From positions 1,922,001 through 1,986,000 of the forward strand of contig NW_026250404.1 of NCBI RefSeq assembly GCF_024521635.1: a stretch of DNA of 64,000 nt, in the 5' to 3' direction. Made by a program: the position numbers and the translations under genes. The notes beneath the pieces are model-generated. The model was not told the origin of the DNA, ran no database searches, and worked only from the letters and a program-made list of their open reading frames with translations. Source of the stretch: Tricharina praecox (Eukaryota). Positions within the stretch are counted from its first letter, which is position 1. Each line of letters begins with the position of its first letter. Shown one piece after another: positions 1 through 11,987 of this stretch.

Positions 1-1
1 A

Positions 2-109
2 GGTTTTGTTCGCAAGGAGGAGGATGAAGAGTACGAGGATGAGGACGGGGAAGTCAGCGGAGAGGCGAGGAATGTACTCTGGATGGCCCGATCATACTAT
101 ACAACATAG
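2..109 (+). CDS. 3' end of a gene truncated by the window edge, possibly a GNAT-type acetyltransferase tail
   Basis: Frame 2 reads GFVRKEEDEEYEDEDGEVSGEARNVLWMARSYYTT* (TAG 107-109). The GF...M.R ending resembles GNAT C-termini, but the fragment is too short to be sure. Confidence 0.35.
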   Translation, partial: GFVRKEEDEEYEDEDGEVSGEARNVLWMARSYYTT

Positions 110-759
110 TAGCTTGACCCAGCAATACGAGCTTGAGCTTAAAATCAACCATGTACATAAACTCAAAGCTTCTTATCGCCGTGGACAACGAACAGCAAAA
201 GCTCAATCATGATTTCCATCCTGGTGTCGCAGCGGTGGGATGTGAATTGTTCTATGTACCGCCCGAAAGAAAAAAATGCGCCGTCGGAGTTGTTGGAGCG
301 AGGGGATTTGTGTACATATTCGTGCACTGACATGGTCACTGGTCAGCGCCAGTCCCGATGGATGGGATTGGGCTAATCTTTGCCTCCACCACTCCTCCGG
401 GCCCACCGCAAGGAGAGAAAAAGTCTCACCAGTGCCTGTCCATCGTGGCTTACCGGTGATTGGATGTGGATCGAATGTACCTGCAGTGGTGTTGGTAGAT
501 GCGGCAGATATACTCCATCTCCCCCCTTGGCGCCATGTATGTGTAGATGAGCAGGCGTATATAAGTCCTATCCCTTCCCCGTTTGAAATCCCGTTTCTAT
601 CCTCAAGCTCCTTCCTCTTCAGCAAGCAAACAAGACTGGTTCTCGTCAAGCAGCACTTACATCCACCACGATCCTTCTACTTTAAGCTTTCCAAGGAAAA
701 CTTTAAGACCCTTACCTCACTCCTCCTCGTCCTCCTTCACCACCACCACCACCACCACC

Positions 760-1224
760 ATGCATTACTCCCTCCTCCCCCTTATCTTCCTCCTGTCCCT
801 CTTCTCCCTCAACCTCGCCGCCCCAGTGCCGGCAGCAGTACCCAAGACCCTCGCCTCAGCGCTCACCAGCCGGGCCTCCGGTGGTTCCGGCGAAGCAACA
901 TTCTACGAGCCGGGCCTCGGGGCCTGCGGGCGAGTTAACGGGCCGAACGACATGATCGCTGCGGTGGCCATTGGCCGGGGCAAGGGCGAGTGCGGCAACA
1001 GGATCCGCGTGTCCTGCGGCGGGAAGCAAATCGAAGTTGAAATTGTCGACCTGTGTGCATCTTGCGTAAGTTCTTCCCTACCTATTGAGTTATAGTTATG
1101 GAGGGCTTTGTGGCTAATACCTAATCTATAGGCTCCTAATGATGTCGACCTCTCGCCGATTGCTTTCAACCAGCTGGCGGACCCCGATCAGGGACGGGTG
1201 GCCATTACTTGGGAATACGTCTAA
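760..1224 (+). CDS. Secreted RlpA-like double-psi beta-barrel (expansin-like) protein, 2 exons
   Basis: ATG 760 with a hydrophobic signal peptide (MHYSLLPLIFLLSLFSLNLAAP); GEATFYEPGLGACG, IVDLCASC; intron 1066-1131 (GTAAGT..GCTAAT..TAG); exon 2 APNDVDLSPIAFNQLADPDQGRVAITWEYV*. Confidence 0.9.
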
Positions 1225-2000
1225 ATGCTTGATCCGGAACGGAGTCACTGGTTGATTTCCGTCGGATTGAGCGTGGTGCTGGTACATACACGGAATAGGT
1301 GGTGGATGGGAAGGTTTTTGGTTTTGTTTTGCTCTGCTGGCTGGCTGCGCTGGCCGTTCATGATTCATGATTCGCACGAACACCCGAAAAGGAAAAAAAC
1401 GGTGGGGGATTGTTATATAGACGGATACTGGATTGGGATACTGGGATACCGGGTTGGGGGCGTCGATTTTGATTTTTGGGGGTTCAAGCAAGGTTATGTG
1501 GCTGCGTCTGGTTCCGAGGATGGGCGTTAGCCACCGGATAGGCACTCAGGTATGGGAGGATCGGGATTTGGGATTGGTGTTGGGGTACATAGATGAAAAG
1601 GAAATTTTACATACATCGTCCGTACTTCATGCGTTTTTGCTGGTGATTATGTAGAGTGCTATGCGATGAGTCTCTCGCCATGGTGACAAGATCCGGTGGA
1701 GGGATTGGGAAGCTCACATCGAGTTGCCGGTTTATGGGTCAGACAGTGGGGAGGAACCGGTTTGTAACTGCCATGATCTAATAGGGTCGAATGCAATAAT
1801 AATAAATCAAAAACCAGAAAGCCATAGTAACAGTGGCCTGTCTATTCCCGTTGCAATGAGGAACCGTTTTTCAGAGCCAAAATATTGTACAAGCATCAAA
1901 TCATCTATCCCTCCGTACGCTCACTCTGTCGAGCAGCAGAGGATATCGTACACTTCCGTCGGCTCGGCCTCGTCCTCCTCCCTCTCCTCCACATGCACCG

Positions 2001-2412
2001 TTATTTCGGACTCGTCTGCGCCTGTCCGACAGGCTGCGGAACATCAATCTGCTTTGCGCCCTCATTCTGCAGCCCCTTTAACATCTGCTCACGATTATGT
2101 TCCATGACGCGCCGTTTCTTGAAGTACTCGACCTATGTTGCTCGCGCGTTAGCAACCACCCCCACCCCGCCCGCTCTCCGTCGAGTCGGGACATACCCAG
2201 CTGCCGACACAATCGCGCTCGAATGCGACTTCCTGCGCGCCGCATGCACTCTTCGCTTTGGGAGCTTCTTTGATCGCGTCGATGATGTTGTTGGCGTCCA
2301 GGCAGGCAAAGAAGCCGTCACGGGCTTCCCAGCAGGCCGCTCGTTGCGTGCGGTTCGGTGCGATCTTTTGAGGCGGTAGGCCCGCGGGCGTAGAGGAGCC
2401 GAACAGTCCCAT
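2001..2412 (-). CDS. COA6: Cytochrome c oxidase assembly factor 6 (COX6B/COA6 family), 2 exons
   Basis: MGLFGS..APNRTQRAACWEARDGFFACLD..C..C..SW | VEYFKKRRVME; intron 2133-2196 (GTATGT..GCTAAC..TAG on minus); stop TAA 2001-2003. Confidence 0.88.
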
Positions 2413-2941
2413 TATGAGCTTGTGGTCGGCGGTGTGGTTGTGGTTGTGATTGTGGAGGTGGAGGTAGGAGCGGTGATGGAGGGGCGGGTTGAACTGAGTG
2501 GATGACGTTGTGATCGGTGTGTGTAACCGAGACGCTATTATCCCACGGAGGCCAGGGTTACATAAGAATGCTAGACTGGCCCGCATTCTCGGCCCGGCCT
2601 CATCATCTCCGGGCGGCAAGTGGCGGGGTTCCCCTTTAATATAGCCGCTCTCCAGAAAGCGCCAGACTTCTCCGGCGGGTGTAGTTGGAGTATCTATCGG
2701 TTGATGCTACTTGTGGCTGAGCGATAATTAGTACCAGTTGGGCGTTTACACGGTTTGAAACGTGGCTTTGAATACGATCATCGTCATCCGCAGCGAAGCG
2801 GACAAGGTTCCTCCATCGTTTCCACCACTGCTCACTACCATACCGTAGCATACCCAGCTACCACCGCACGGAACTACACGAAACTACAACGCGACCACAC
2901 ACACAACAGCTTCGCATCTCTACGAAGCACATACGCGTGCC

Positions 2942-3587
2942 ATGGCGAAACCTCAACGGCGCCGTCGCTTCCGGCGCAACGCCTCGGAACCCTTCCAGCC
3001 GCTACGAACACTCCTGCATATCGTGTTGCTCCAGAGCATCTACTACCTCGCCGCAACACTCCTAATTCTCTTCGCTGCGCTCGTCGCCGGCACTCCCTTC
3101 AGCATCTCGCTGATCTTTAGTTGGCGTGCTGTACGCGGGGATACAACCGTGGGGTGGACATTAGGCGTCGTGTGGCTCCTATGCGGGCTCTTCATGTACC
3201 CTCGCCCCTCTCACCCCTCATCTCCCCGCTCTCTCACTGCACCGGCTAACACGCATACCGCAATACAGGATCGTAGCACAACTCCTAGTAATCGCCCGCT
3301 CCAAGCTTGTCCTCGACTTCTCGCTCACCAGCACGTTCCTCCACCTGATGGTGGTAAGCCTCTACGACCACGAAGTTCCACGCTCGGTACTCTGGTGGGC
3401 GCTACAGGTTGCTATTACCGTGCTCATGATCGGCGGGGGAACATGGGCATGTCGCTGGCGCGAGCTGCGGCCGATGAGCTTCGGACTCGGAGAGCAGGGT
3501 GCCCGCGGGGAGTATGAGATGGTGCCGGTGGCGGCGGTCGAGGAGGGACAGGCGGCCGCAAAGTCCGGGGAGAGCTCTAGGGCCTAG
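2942..3587 (+). CDS. SYS1: Golgi integral membrane protein Sys1, 2 exons
   Basis: PLRTLLHIVLLQSIYY..LIFSWRAVRGDTTVGW; intron 3196-3268; RSKLVLDF..H..WW..C..RELRP motifs typical of Sys1; TAG ends at 3587. Confidence 0.88.
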
Positions 3588-4261
3588 GAGGGCCGATGGA
3601 TGGCGTTTGTGCATTTGGTTTTATTTCATCTGGATCCGTGTGGGCTTTACTGGGTTGCGGACTGGTAACTTGATTGTAGCTTCTTTTTATCTTAGTCTTA
3701 GAGGACGTGTGCTTGTACGATAGTTGGCTGGGTTAGAAACGCGTATAGTTGGTATGTATCACGGCGTTCTTTGGAGTGTCCACCATCACCCACTCCTCAT
3801 AGCGAAGCTTCTGTCTCGAGGTGCTGGCTGTGATGCCCCAACGCGTGCAGCTGCGATCAGGAGATTTCTCTCCGCCTTCTTGCCATTACCCCGCCCGTCC
3901 GGCCGGCACCGACGCAAGGCTGCAGATTCCTACCCGCTCTCCCGTTCCGATAATTTCTCCGCACTCCTCGTTCGTGATTTATGGGTGACCTGATCTCTCT
4001 CTCGCTCGGTGGATCGGGCCGAGACGAGGTGGCATGCAAGCCTCGGGTGACTCTAGCGGCAGCCCATAGCTCCGACAGACAGCACCTCATCTCAAACCTT
4101 GCAATCGTCCATCTTTCTCCACAGTTAGCCATCATACGACATCGAAACACCACACCACCGTTCACCACCGCCGCCACCACCACCACCACCAGCACACACT
4201 ACACCTCCAGCACCAGCACGGGATATAAAGAAACTCCACAGGAGAAGCAGAAGAAGAAAAG

Positions 4262-4740
4262 ATGTCGGCATCACTCGCGCCCGTAAGCCATCACCACCGT
4301 CAGCACCTCTCCTAGCACCACCACCACCACCATCATCGCGCCTCCCAACAGCCATGACGCACCACCGCGCACGCTTCTCAGACTTCTTCCGTGAAGCGGC
4401 TAACAACGTCCTCCCATGCCAGGAATGCTCCGAGCGAAAGGAGCGCTACGATACGTGCTTCATCAACTGGTATTCGGAAAGTCAGTGCTCCCTTCTCCTC
4501 GTCCTCCTGCTCCTCGTCCTCCACCGCCGTCGAAAGAAGGAAGAAAATGGACTAACGTGTGCTGGCGGACGAAAAGAGTACCTACGCGGCTCGACCGAGC
4601 CCTCAAAGGAATGCGAAGAGCTGTTCAAGGAATACAAGACGTGTCTCAACAAGGCGCTTAAGGAGAAGGGAATCTACAACATGATTGAGGACGCGAGGAA
4701 AACTAGCCCCAATGGGGGTGGTGGGGGTGTGAGGGCGTAG
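4262..4740 (+). CDS. MDM35: Mitochondrial intermembrane-space twin CX9C protein Mdm35/TRIAP1, 3 exons
   Basis: MSASLAP | ECSERKERYDTCFINWYSEK | YLRG..ECEELFKEYKTCL; introns 4283-4403 and 4481-4576. Confidence 0.93.
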
Positions 4741-5354
4741 TGAGACGGGCGGGACGGGCACGCGGCGTATGGGAGTTTGCTTTACGATGCTTTTGGGGGA
4801 TATACATACACGGGCATTTGGGGGGAGTAATGCGGGGGGATGGTGAACGGACGGTGAACGGGGACGCGGACGGGGACGGCGGACGCGGACGGGGACGGCC
4901 ATGGTCATGGTCATGGTCATGGTCATGGCTAGTATATAAACGTATATTCTCTTCTCAAATCGTCGTCCCAAGTCCTAGTGTACCTATGCGTGACACGGTC
5001 CGTCCCGGTTTCGGTGCCGACCGGACGGCAGTCCAAGGCGAGGGTTGCCAGTCGTCCGTCTCCTCCAGACCATTGTTCGGGCCGTGGTGGAGAAGGACTG
5101 CGCGGACGGTTGAGGAGAATAGTTACGCGGCCCCCCGACAAATATATGTGCTTTATCCAGCAGCCATCGACGTCACCCTCTCGATATCGGAATCTCAGTA
5201 TTCCGGCATCGAGTCTTGTCCCCACTCAACCGTTGCTCGCATGAAGGACTACCTACGGTACGGTAATCTGCTGCCCTAATCACGAGCCATGGAAAGCGAG
5301 GTTTGCCGGGAGGGCGGTGCGTACATACTCCGGTTTATTGGGCTCTCGGTGTCA

Positions 5355-5395
5355 GCCATGAAAGATCGTCGGCCATGAAAGATCGTCGGCCATGA
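5355..5395. repeat. 17-bp tandem repeat, ~2.4 copies (GCCATGAAAGATCGTCG)
   Basis: Two exact copies plus GCCATGA, read directly. Confidence 0.9.
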
Positions 5396-5852
5396 TTTGC
5401 CATCTGGATTCCAGGACGGAATTCCGGAATTGCGAGTGATACGATATGTCTGAAACCGCCCCCGGTAGACGCCATATCAATAGTTGTGCATCCAATGAGC
5501 ACTACCGAACACATGATTATCTCGGCCTCTCCACCGGAGACTCCATATATTTCCCCAGGACTCGGGAGGCTTTAAGTGCGCAACCGCATAGGCGGCGGAC
5601 GAAAAACTGCAAATAGGGTCCTTCGTGGCATACGTCCTTTTTCTCTTCACCCCAACAATGCGATAAAATTGGCCATGCTTATTGCATCCTTCGATTCGCC
5701 CTCGATAATTATGGTCGAACCCATAGAGTTTAGAAACAATGGGATAAATAGTAGTACTGAATGGAGTGACGACGACCGAGTATGTGGGTGGCATATTTGT
5801 GTTCAACAGATTGCTGCTCAAAAAGCACCTAGCTATTATATACTCCAATCAA

Positions 5853-5960
5853 GGCAGGATGGCCGAGTTGGTTATGGCGCCAGGTTAAGGTCACCTTAAT
5901 ACAATCGTTCCGATTCCTGGTTCGGGAAACTGAGCGTGGGTTCAAGTCCCACTTCTGTCA
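5853..5960 (+). tRNA. tRNA-Leu(AAG) with 24-nt intron (5891-5914)
   Basis: Acceptor stem GGCAGGA/TTCTGTC+A; A-box TGGCCGAGTTGG; anticodon stem CCAGG/CCTGG with loop TT-AAG-G[intron]T; long variable arm TCGG-GAAA-CTGA; T-arm GTGGG-TTCAAGT-CCCAC; oligo-T Pol III terminator just downstream. Confidence 0.96.
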
Positions 5961-6727
5961 ACACTTCTTTTTACGTTTTTTTTCCACTGGTTCCATTCTT
6001 GCTAGCTTGGGTCTTCCGACCCCGCTCCTACAATAGCGGCACAGCAGCCCAGCCAAGGTAAACACAGTAGACAAACGATTTCTTCCCACGTGGAGCTTGC
6101 GGGCTCAACGCACATGTCAAAGCGGGACAAACTCTGTTCACAGTTCAGTCAGATCGTCCGTGCTAGTGTCCGTGGGAGTCTTCCGGCCCAATCGATTCTC
6201 AGTCCGTAAGAACGGGTATGTAAATTGCAATTGATATGTATGTTTCCATAGTGGCCAGATGAGGCCGTAGTAACCGGCTACGTAGGTACCATAACTTGAC
6301 GTGACGGCCTCTGTTCTTGGTCGCATCTTGGTATTAGGGCCGCTGCAGGTGACAGCCGTTGTGCATGTTTTTGCAGCGCTCTTTATGATGCCAAAATCGC
6401 TCGAGAAAGGCGGGTCTTCTTTCCACGATAGACATGGAGTTACTCTAGGTACTCTACCGGATTGCAGGGATCAGGCGTCTCAGCTGTACGGTTGGGCGGT
6501 GACATCATCTCTGGTCAGTGGCAGTGGTGGAGGGGGAGGGCCAGAACGAAGAAGTCTCCCTGTGGCGGGCCTTACACCGTACACCAGAGGGATTCACATA
6601 CCCACATAGAATAGAATCCGCGAGAAGACCCGCATGCTTGATGCCGGTCGAGTGCGCACTCTATCGATAGACAGCACGACGTGTTTGGTGCCGAGGGTGA
6701 AGCAAGGAACGAAGGCCTGGTAAGTGA

Positions 6728-6789
6728 CATAGAAGCGTGGGAACACTACGATCCATAGAAGCGTGGGAACACTACAGCCCATAGAAGCG
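6728..6789. repeat. 26-bp tandem repeat, ~2.4 copies, upstream of TPS2
   Basis: CATAGAAGCGTGGGAACACTAC(GATC/AGCC) twice, then CATAGAAGCG. Confidence 0.9.
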
Positions 6790-7287
6790 GTCCGTACGCG
6801 GTGTATCTACGAGTCCGGAATTTGTCAATCGGTCTTGCTCACGCACTTATCTATCCCGCAGTGCCATCTCTTCCGCCTGTTCATCTGCTTCGCTTCGCTA
6901 TCCGACTTCTTCCACGCCTCTGCATAGCTGCCCCTCATTCTGCCCCCGAGAGATCGACGGCATTAATCCCCTCAACCCCACCAACGGTACTCCTCCTCCT
7001 CCTCTTCACCATCATCGTCCACAGAACAACCAAGACTGTATTCCTTCACGCCGCGGTCGCACCCATACCGCCTCTGTATGTTGTCTCCCGCCCCAATCCC
7101 CTACTGACAGAAGATGATCTGACACATGAACAACAGCTTTCGCCAACAGCCCGCGCTACAAGCTGTACGGAGCAAAAGGCCCACACTAACTCTCGTTCAA
7201 GGCGTCCGGACATTGGCGCAACCTTCCCCCTATCTCCGTCGCTCACTGCATTCTCCCACCGGCATCACAGCGAAGCCCACGACCAGC

Positions 7288-10192
7288 ATGACCATCCCAG
7301 ACGGAATCAAGCCCGCGAGGCCTTCCCCGCTCGCTAAATCCGCCGCCGTCCCAGCCGACGACAATGTCACCGTCCTTCCTTCGCCGAGCGACGCCCCATC
7401 AAAACTGAAGCTCTCGGGGAACATCATCTCCGTCACCTGCTTCACTCCGTACACGATCGGCTACCGACGGAAAGCCAAAGACGTCGATGAACGCGAGGCC
7501 GGCAGCTCGACGTGGGAGTTGACCCCGCGCCGCGGATCGTCCGCCTTGTATGACACTCTTAAACACTTGGCCTCGAAGGAGAGCAAGTGGAATCATACCA
7601 TCGTAGGATGGACCGGCGATATCACGGAGCTCTCGGCGAAGGCTGCGACGAATCCGCTGCAGCACCTACAGAATTCTAGGACCGCCCAGGTCGGCAATCC
7701 CCCGCCTGCCACCGGAAATATCCCCGGGAGAATCCAGCCCGGATTGTTGAATCGCACCAAGAGTTTTCAGACTCCGCCGCCGGTTCCGGTTTTTAAGGGA
7801 ACCCAGAACAGAATGACGATGACGGCGTCGGACTTTTCTCGCGAACGGCCTGAGGAGGAACAGGTGCCGAAGGTTACCAAGGAAGAGCGGGAGGAGCTGC
7901 AGACTGTCCTGGGAAAGTGTGCTGCTGATGTTGGTTGGGAAAAGATTCGCGCTGTGTGGTTGGGAGACGAGGAGGATGGAGGTGTCACTCTGACCTCGAT
8001 GACTAGGTGGGTGCAGTACGCCGAGAAGGGTGAGTAACCTCGTGGTCTTGGTGCAAATCGAGCTTGTGCTGACTGTCAATCTAGTCCTCTGGCCTACGTT
8101 CCACTACATCATTCCTCAGACGTTTCCCATGGCCGAGGGATCCTCGCTCGAGGAGAAGGGCTGGTGGAGGGATTACTTGCGATTCAACAATGCCTATGCG
8201 GACGAGATTATGAAGATATACACCCCCGGCGACATCATTTGGATTCACGACTACCATCTACTAGTCCTGCCGGAGATTCTCCGTCAGCGTATTGGGAGGG
8301 ATGTTCACATCGGCCTCTTCGTCCATGCTCCATGGCCCTCGTCTGAAATATTCCGCATCCTTTCCAGACGGAAGCAGCTTCTGAGTGGAATGTTGGCCTC
8401 CAACATGATCGGTTTCCAGTCCGAGACCTACAAAGAACATTTCGTGTCGTGTTGCAAGAGGATTCTGGGATTTAGAGAATCTCTGGACTCAAAGGGCAAC
8501 TGCACCGGAGTTGAGACTTATGGATCCCATTGCGCAGTGCACACATTGCCCATTGGAATCGACTATGAGAAAGTCAATTCTGCAGTTAGGAATCGGGGCG
8601 TCGAGGAAAACATGGCGAAGATTAGAAGCGGATATGGAGACCGAAAGATCATTGTCGGTCGTGACAGACTCGACAGTGTTCGCGGAGTGCTGCAAAAACT
8701 GCGCGCTTTTGAGCGTTTCTTGGAGACGAATCGCGAATGGATCGATAAGGTAATTTTCACACCTCCTGTACGGGTCATATCGCCATGTAACTAACCGCTT
8801 CAATAGGTTGTGTTGATCCAAATCACATCTCCTTCGTCGTTGGTGGAATCACAGGCGATTGAGAATAAGGTGTCTGAACTGGTTTCCCAGATCAACGGCA
8901 GATTCGGGTCGCTACATTACACCCCCGTCCAGCATTACCCCCAATATCTGCAGCCTCAGGAGTACTTTGCACTCCTGCGCGTCGCTGCTCTTGGGTTGAT
9001 CACCAGTGTGCGAGATGGGATGAACACGGCATCTCTAGAGTACATTATCTGTCAGGAAGAGACACACGGTCCCGTCATCTTGTCCGAATTCACCGGAACG
9101 GCCGAGTCGCTGCATGACGCTATCATCGTCAACCCCACAAACACAGAACAGGTCGCATACGAGATTGCGAGATGCCTATCAATGTCCGAGGAGGACAAGA
9201 AAGCGCATCATGCTAAGCTCTACGAGTACGTAACCACCAACACCTCACAGGCATGGAACTCGCGCTTCCTGAGCTGTCTCTTCGATGAGCTCGTGTTCGA
9301 CGCCTCCCACCCCATCACACCGGTGCTGGATTCGCAGCGCCTGCTCACCGCCTACAAGGAGAGCAAGGAGCGGCTCTTCATGTTCGACTACGACGGCACG
9401 CTGACGCCGATCGTCACGGACCCGGAGATGGCGATCCCGGCCGACCGAGTCGTTCGTACGCTCAAGCGTCTTGCGCAGGAGCCTGGTAACTTAGTCTGGA
9501 TCGTATCCGGGCGCGACCAAAATTTCCTGAGCAAATGGCTCGGTCACATCGACGAGCTGGGCCTCAGTGCCGAGCACGGCTGTTTCCTGCGCTACCCAGG
9601 CCAGACCGAATGGCAAAACCTCGCCGAGCTCATGGACATGAGCTGGCAGGCAGTCGCCGAAGACGTGTTTGCACGGTACACGGAAAAGACTGCCGGCTCG
9701 TTCATCGAGAAGAAGAACGTAGCCGTCACGTGGCACTACCGCCGCGCCGAACTCGGCCTGGGAACGCACATGGCCAGCCTCTGCCGCGCCGAGATGGAAG
9801 TGGCACTCAGCCAGTGGCCCGTTGAGGTCATGGAGGGCAAGGCCAACCTCGAAGTGCGTCCGCAGGCGCTCAACAAGGGCGAGATCGCGCGCACGCTCGT
9901 CAAGGCCATGAAGCGCGACGACGGAAAGGGCGTAGGCTTCGTCCTCTGCGCGGGCGACGACCGCACCGACGAGGACATGTTCGATGCGCTCAACCAGCTC
10001 GAGGAGCAGGGCCGCGACGGCGAGGCAGGCGAGTTGAAGAATATCTTTAGTGTTACCGTCGGCCCGAGCTCGAAGGTCACCTCTGCAAAGTGGCATGTAC
10101 TCGAGCCCAGCGATATTGTCGACGCGGCCGGCCTCTGTGTCGGCATTGTGGATCCGAGGGATGCGGGCGTTTGTAAGGGTGTCGAGGCTTAG
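7288..10192 (+). CDS. TPS2: Trehalose-6-phosphate phosphatase (GT20 + HAD domains), 3 coding exons; alternative in-frame ATG at 7126
   Basis: LWPTFHY, IWIHDYHL, GRDRLD, RDGMN, LSEFTG (GT20); intact HAD motif FDYDGTL, SGR, AEHG, GDDRTDEDMF; introns 8030-8084 and 8750-8806. Confidence 0.93.
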
Positions 10193-10674
10193 ATTTGTTT
10201 CTGCGTGCGTGCGATTTGGACTGATCTGCGAATAAGGCTTTTTTCTCTTCCTGTTTTGTTTTGTTTTGTTTGTTTGGTATGTCCTTTGTAGAGATAAATG
10301 GCAACAGGGTACAATACGAAAGAACGGTGGGGTCCTTTGACAGTCCTTGTGTGGTTGAAACTTGAGTGACTTTTGAACCTCCCCTCGCACCTGCCACCGC
10401 GAGTGATAGGTAGTGAATACCAGTCTCCATGTCACTTCACCCTTCTTACTACTCTACACTCTGCACACGTCAGAAGCGTGCAGTATGATTCAGCACATGC
10501 AACGAGTCGTCGTCGTGTGATGTAAGCATTGGATAGATCATAGCTACAGCTCCAGCTTTCAGCTTTCAGCTTGCACCGCTTTCTTTCTTTTCCGCATCGC
10601 ATCGCATGCAGGCCGCCGTCCGTCCGTCGACAGTTTGCCGATTGGGGCACGATGCGATGGTCTCCGCTTCCTCA

Positions 10675-10712
10675 AAGCCGCAACTCGAAGCCGCGACTCG
10701 AAGCCGTGACTC
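10675..10712. repeat. 13-bp tandem repeat x3 (AAGCCGYRACTCG)
   Basis: aagccgcaactcg / aagccgcgactcg / aagccgtgactc. Confidence 0.8.
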
Positions 10713-11893
10713 CCCCGCTTCCTCCTCCTATGTAGAGTAGAGTAGGTAGAGTACGTCGCATCGGGAGGGCGGGAAACAACATGGGCGGACAATGGACAAT
10801 GGACATAGGTAAACGCTGTGATCACCATTTCCGCTCGGTGTTGCAGTTGCAGTTACAGTGTTGCAGTTGCAGTTATGTACTGGCAGTATGTACTGGCAGT
10901 ACCGTTCGGCGTTGGTTTCCAGGTGGAGATATGAACAGCGCAGCAGGAACAGTCGTCGTCGGGTTGTAAGTGACTTCTTCCCGCTCTCGCTCGGGTTGGG
11001 GGTTCGGGTTCGAGTTCATTCATGCTCTTTCATGCTCTTTCATGCAGCCTTCCGCCGCCTCCCACCACCCTTCCGCCGCCTCACACCTCGAGCAAGGACG
11101 AGCGAGCGAGGGCGAGGGCGAGGACGAGGGATTATGTGATCCATATACATACCGCAACATACAGCAACTGCAATATCGCTTCCATCCCCCCATTCTTCTT
11201 CTTCTTCCCGGAGAAAAAAAGGGATGACGGACGGACGCGATTCGCAATTTTTCATTTCTCTTCCTGTCGCTTCCTGTTCAGGTTTCTGCAGCCGATAGAT
11301 TAGGTGAGCTGGGTGGGTGAGGTATCGCCAGTACTGTAGGGTATCTGAGTAGGGGAGTAGGGGAGTACATAGATAGAATAGAGCAGGTGGAGTAAGGGAG
11401 TACATAGAGCAGGTGGAGAGCAGGTGGAGTCGGTCAGTACTCTATCTACTCTACCTACTCTACCCAGGTACTCTACATAGGTACTCAAGATTCAAGATTC
11501 AGGAAGGTAGGAAGGTAGGAAGGTAGGAAGGTAACTTGAGTAGATGGTAGATGGTAGATGGTGTACGTCATGAACGGAACAAATGGAATGCGACATGAGT
11601 ACGGAGGGACTTGGAACTTGGAAGGGGAGGGGGAGGGGAGGATGAATTGTCAGTTTCAGCGCAGTATATCCGATGCCTGCTCAGTCCACGGAGTCCAGTG
11701 CTTACAGTTTCGCTGTTTCAAAATTTCGAATCCGAACGGGAGGCTGGGAAGCTGGGAATGGGAATGGAATGAATTTTTCCCGTTACATTCTGTCCAGTGT
11801 CTCCCTCGCGAAGAGGTGGCCGGCCGGCTCTACTGGTTCTACCGGACGAAAGGCGGGTGGGCGGGCTTTCAAGTCTCGACGTTTCGTCAGGGC

Positions 11894-11987
11894 GAATTAG
11901 AGAATTAGAGAATTAGAGAATTAGAGAATTAGAGAATTAGAGAATTAGAGAATTAGAGAATTAGAGAATTAGAGAATTAGAGAATTA
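11894..11987. repeat. Perfect 8-bp minisatellite (AGAATTAG), ~12 copies
   Basis: Ten full perfect units at 11901-11980 plus partial units on both sides. Confidence 0.97.

Noticed and set aside
11345..11490. Imperfect inverted repeat as a MITE
   Set aside because: Built from short GAGTAG/CTACTC-type simple repeats; no defined terminal inverted repeats or target-site duplication.
11894..11987. CRISPR array or interstitial telomere
   Set aside because: No spacers, eukaryotic context, and the unit is not TTAGGG.
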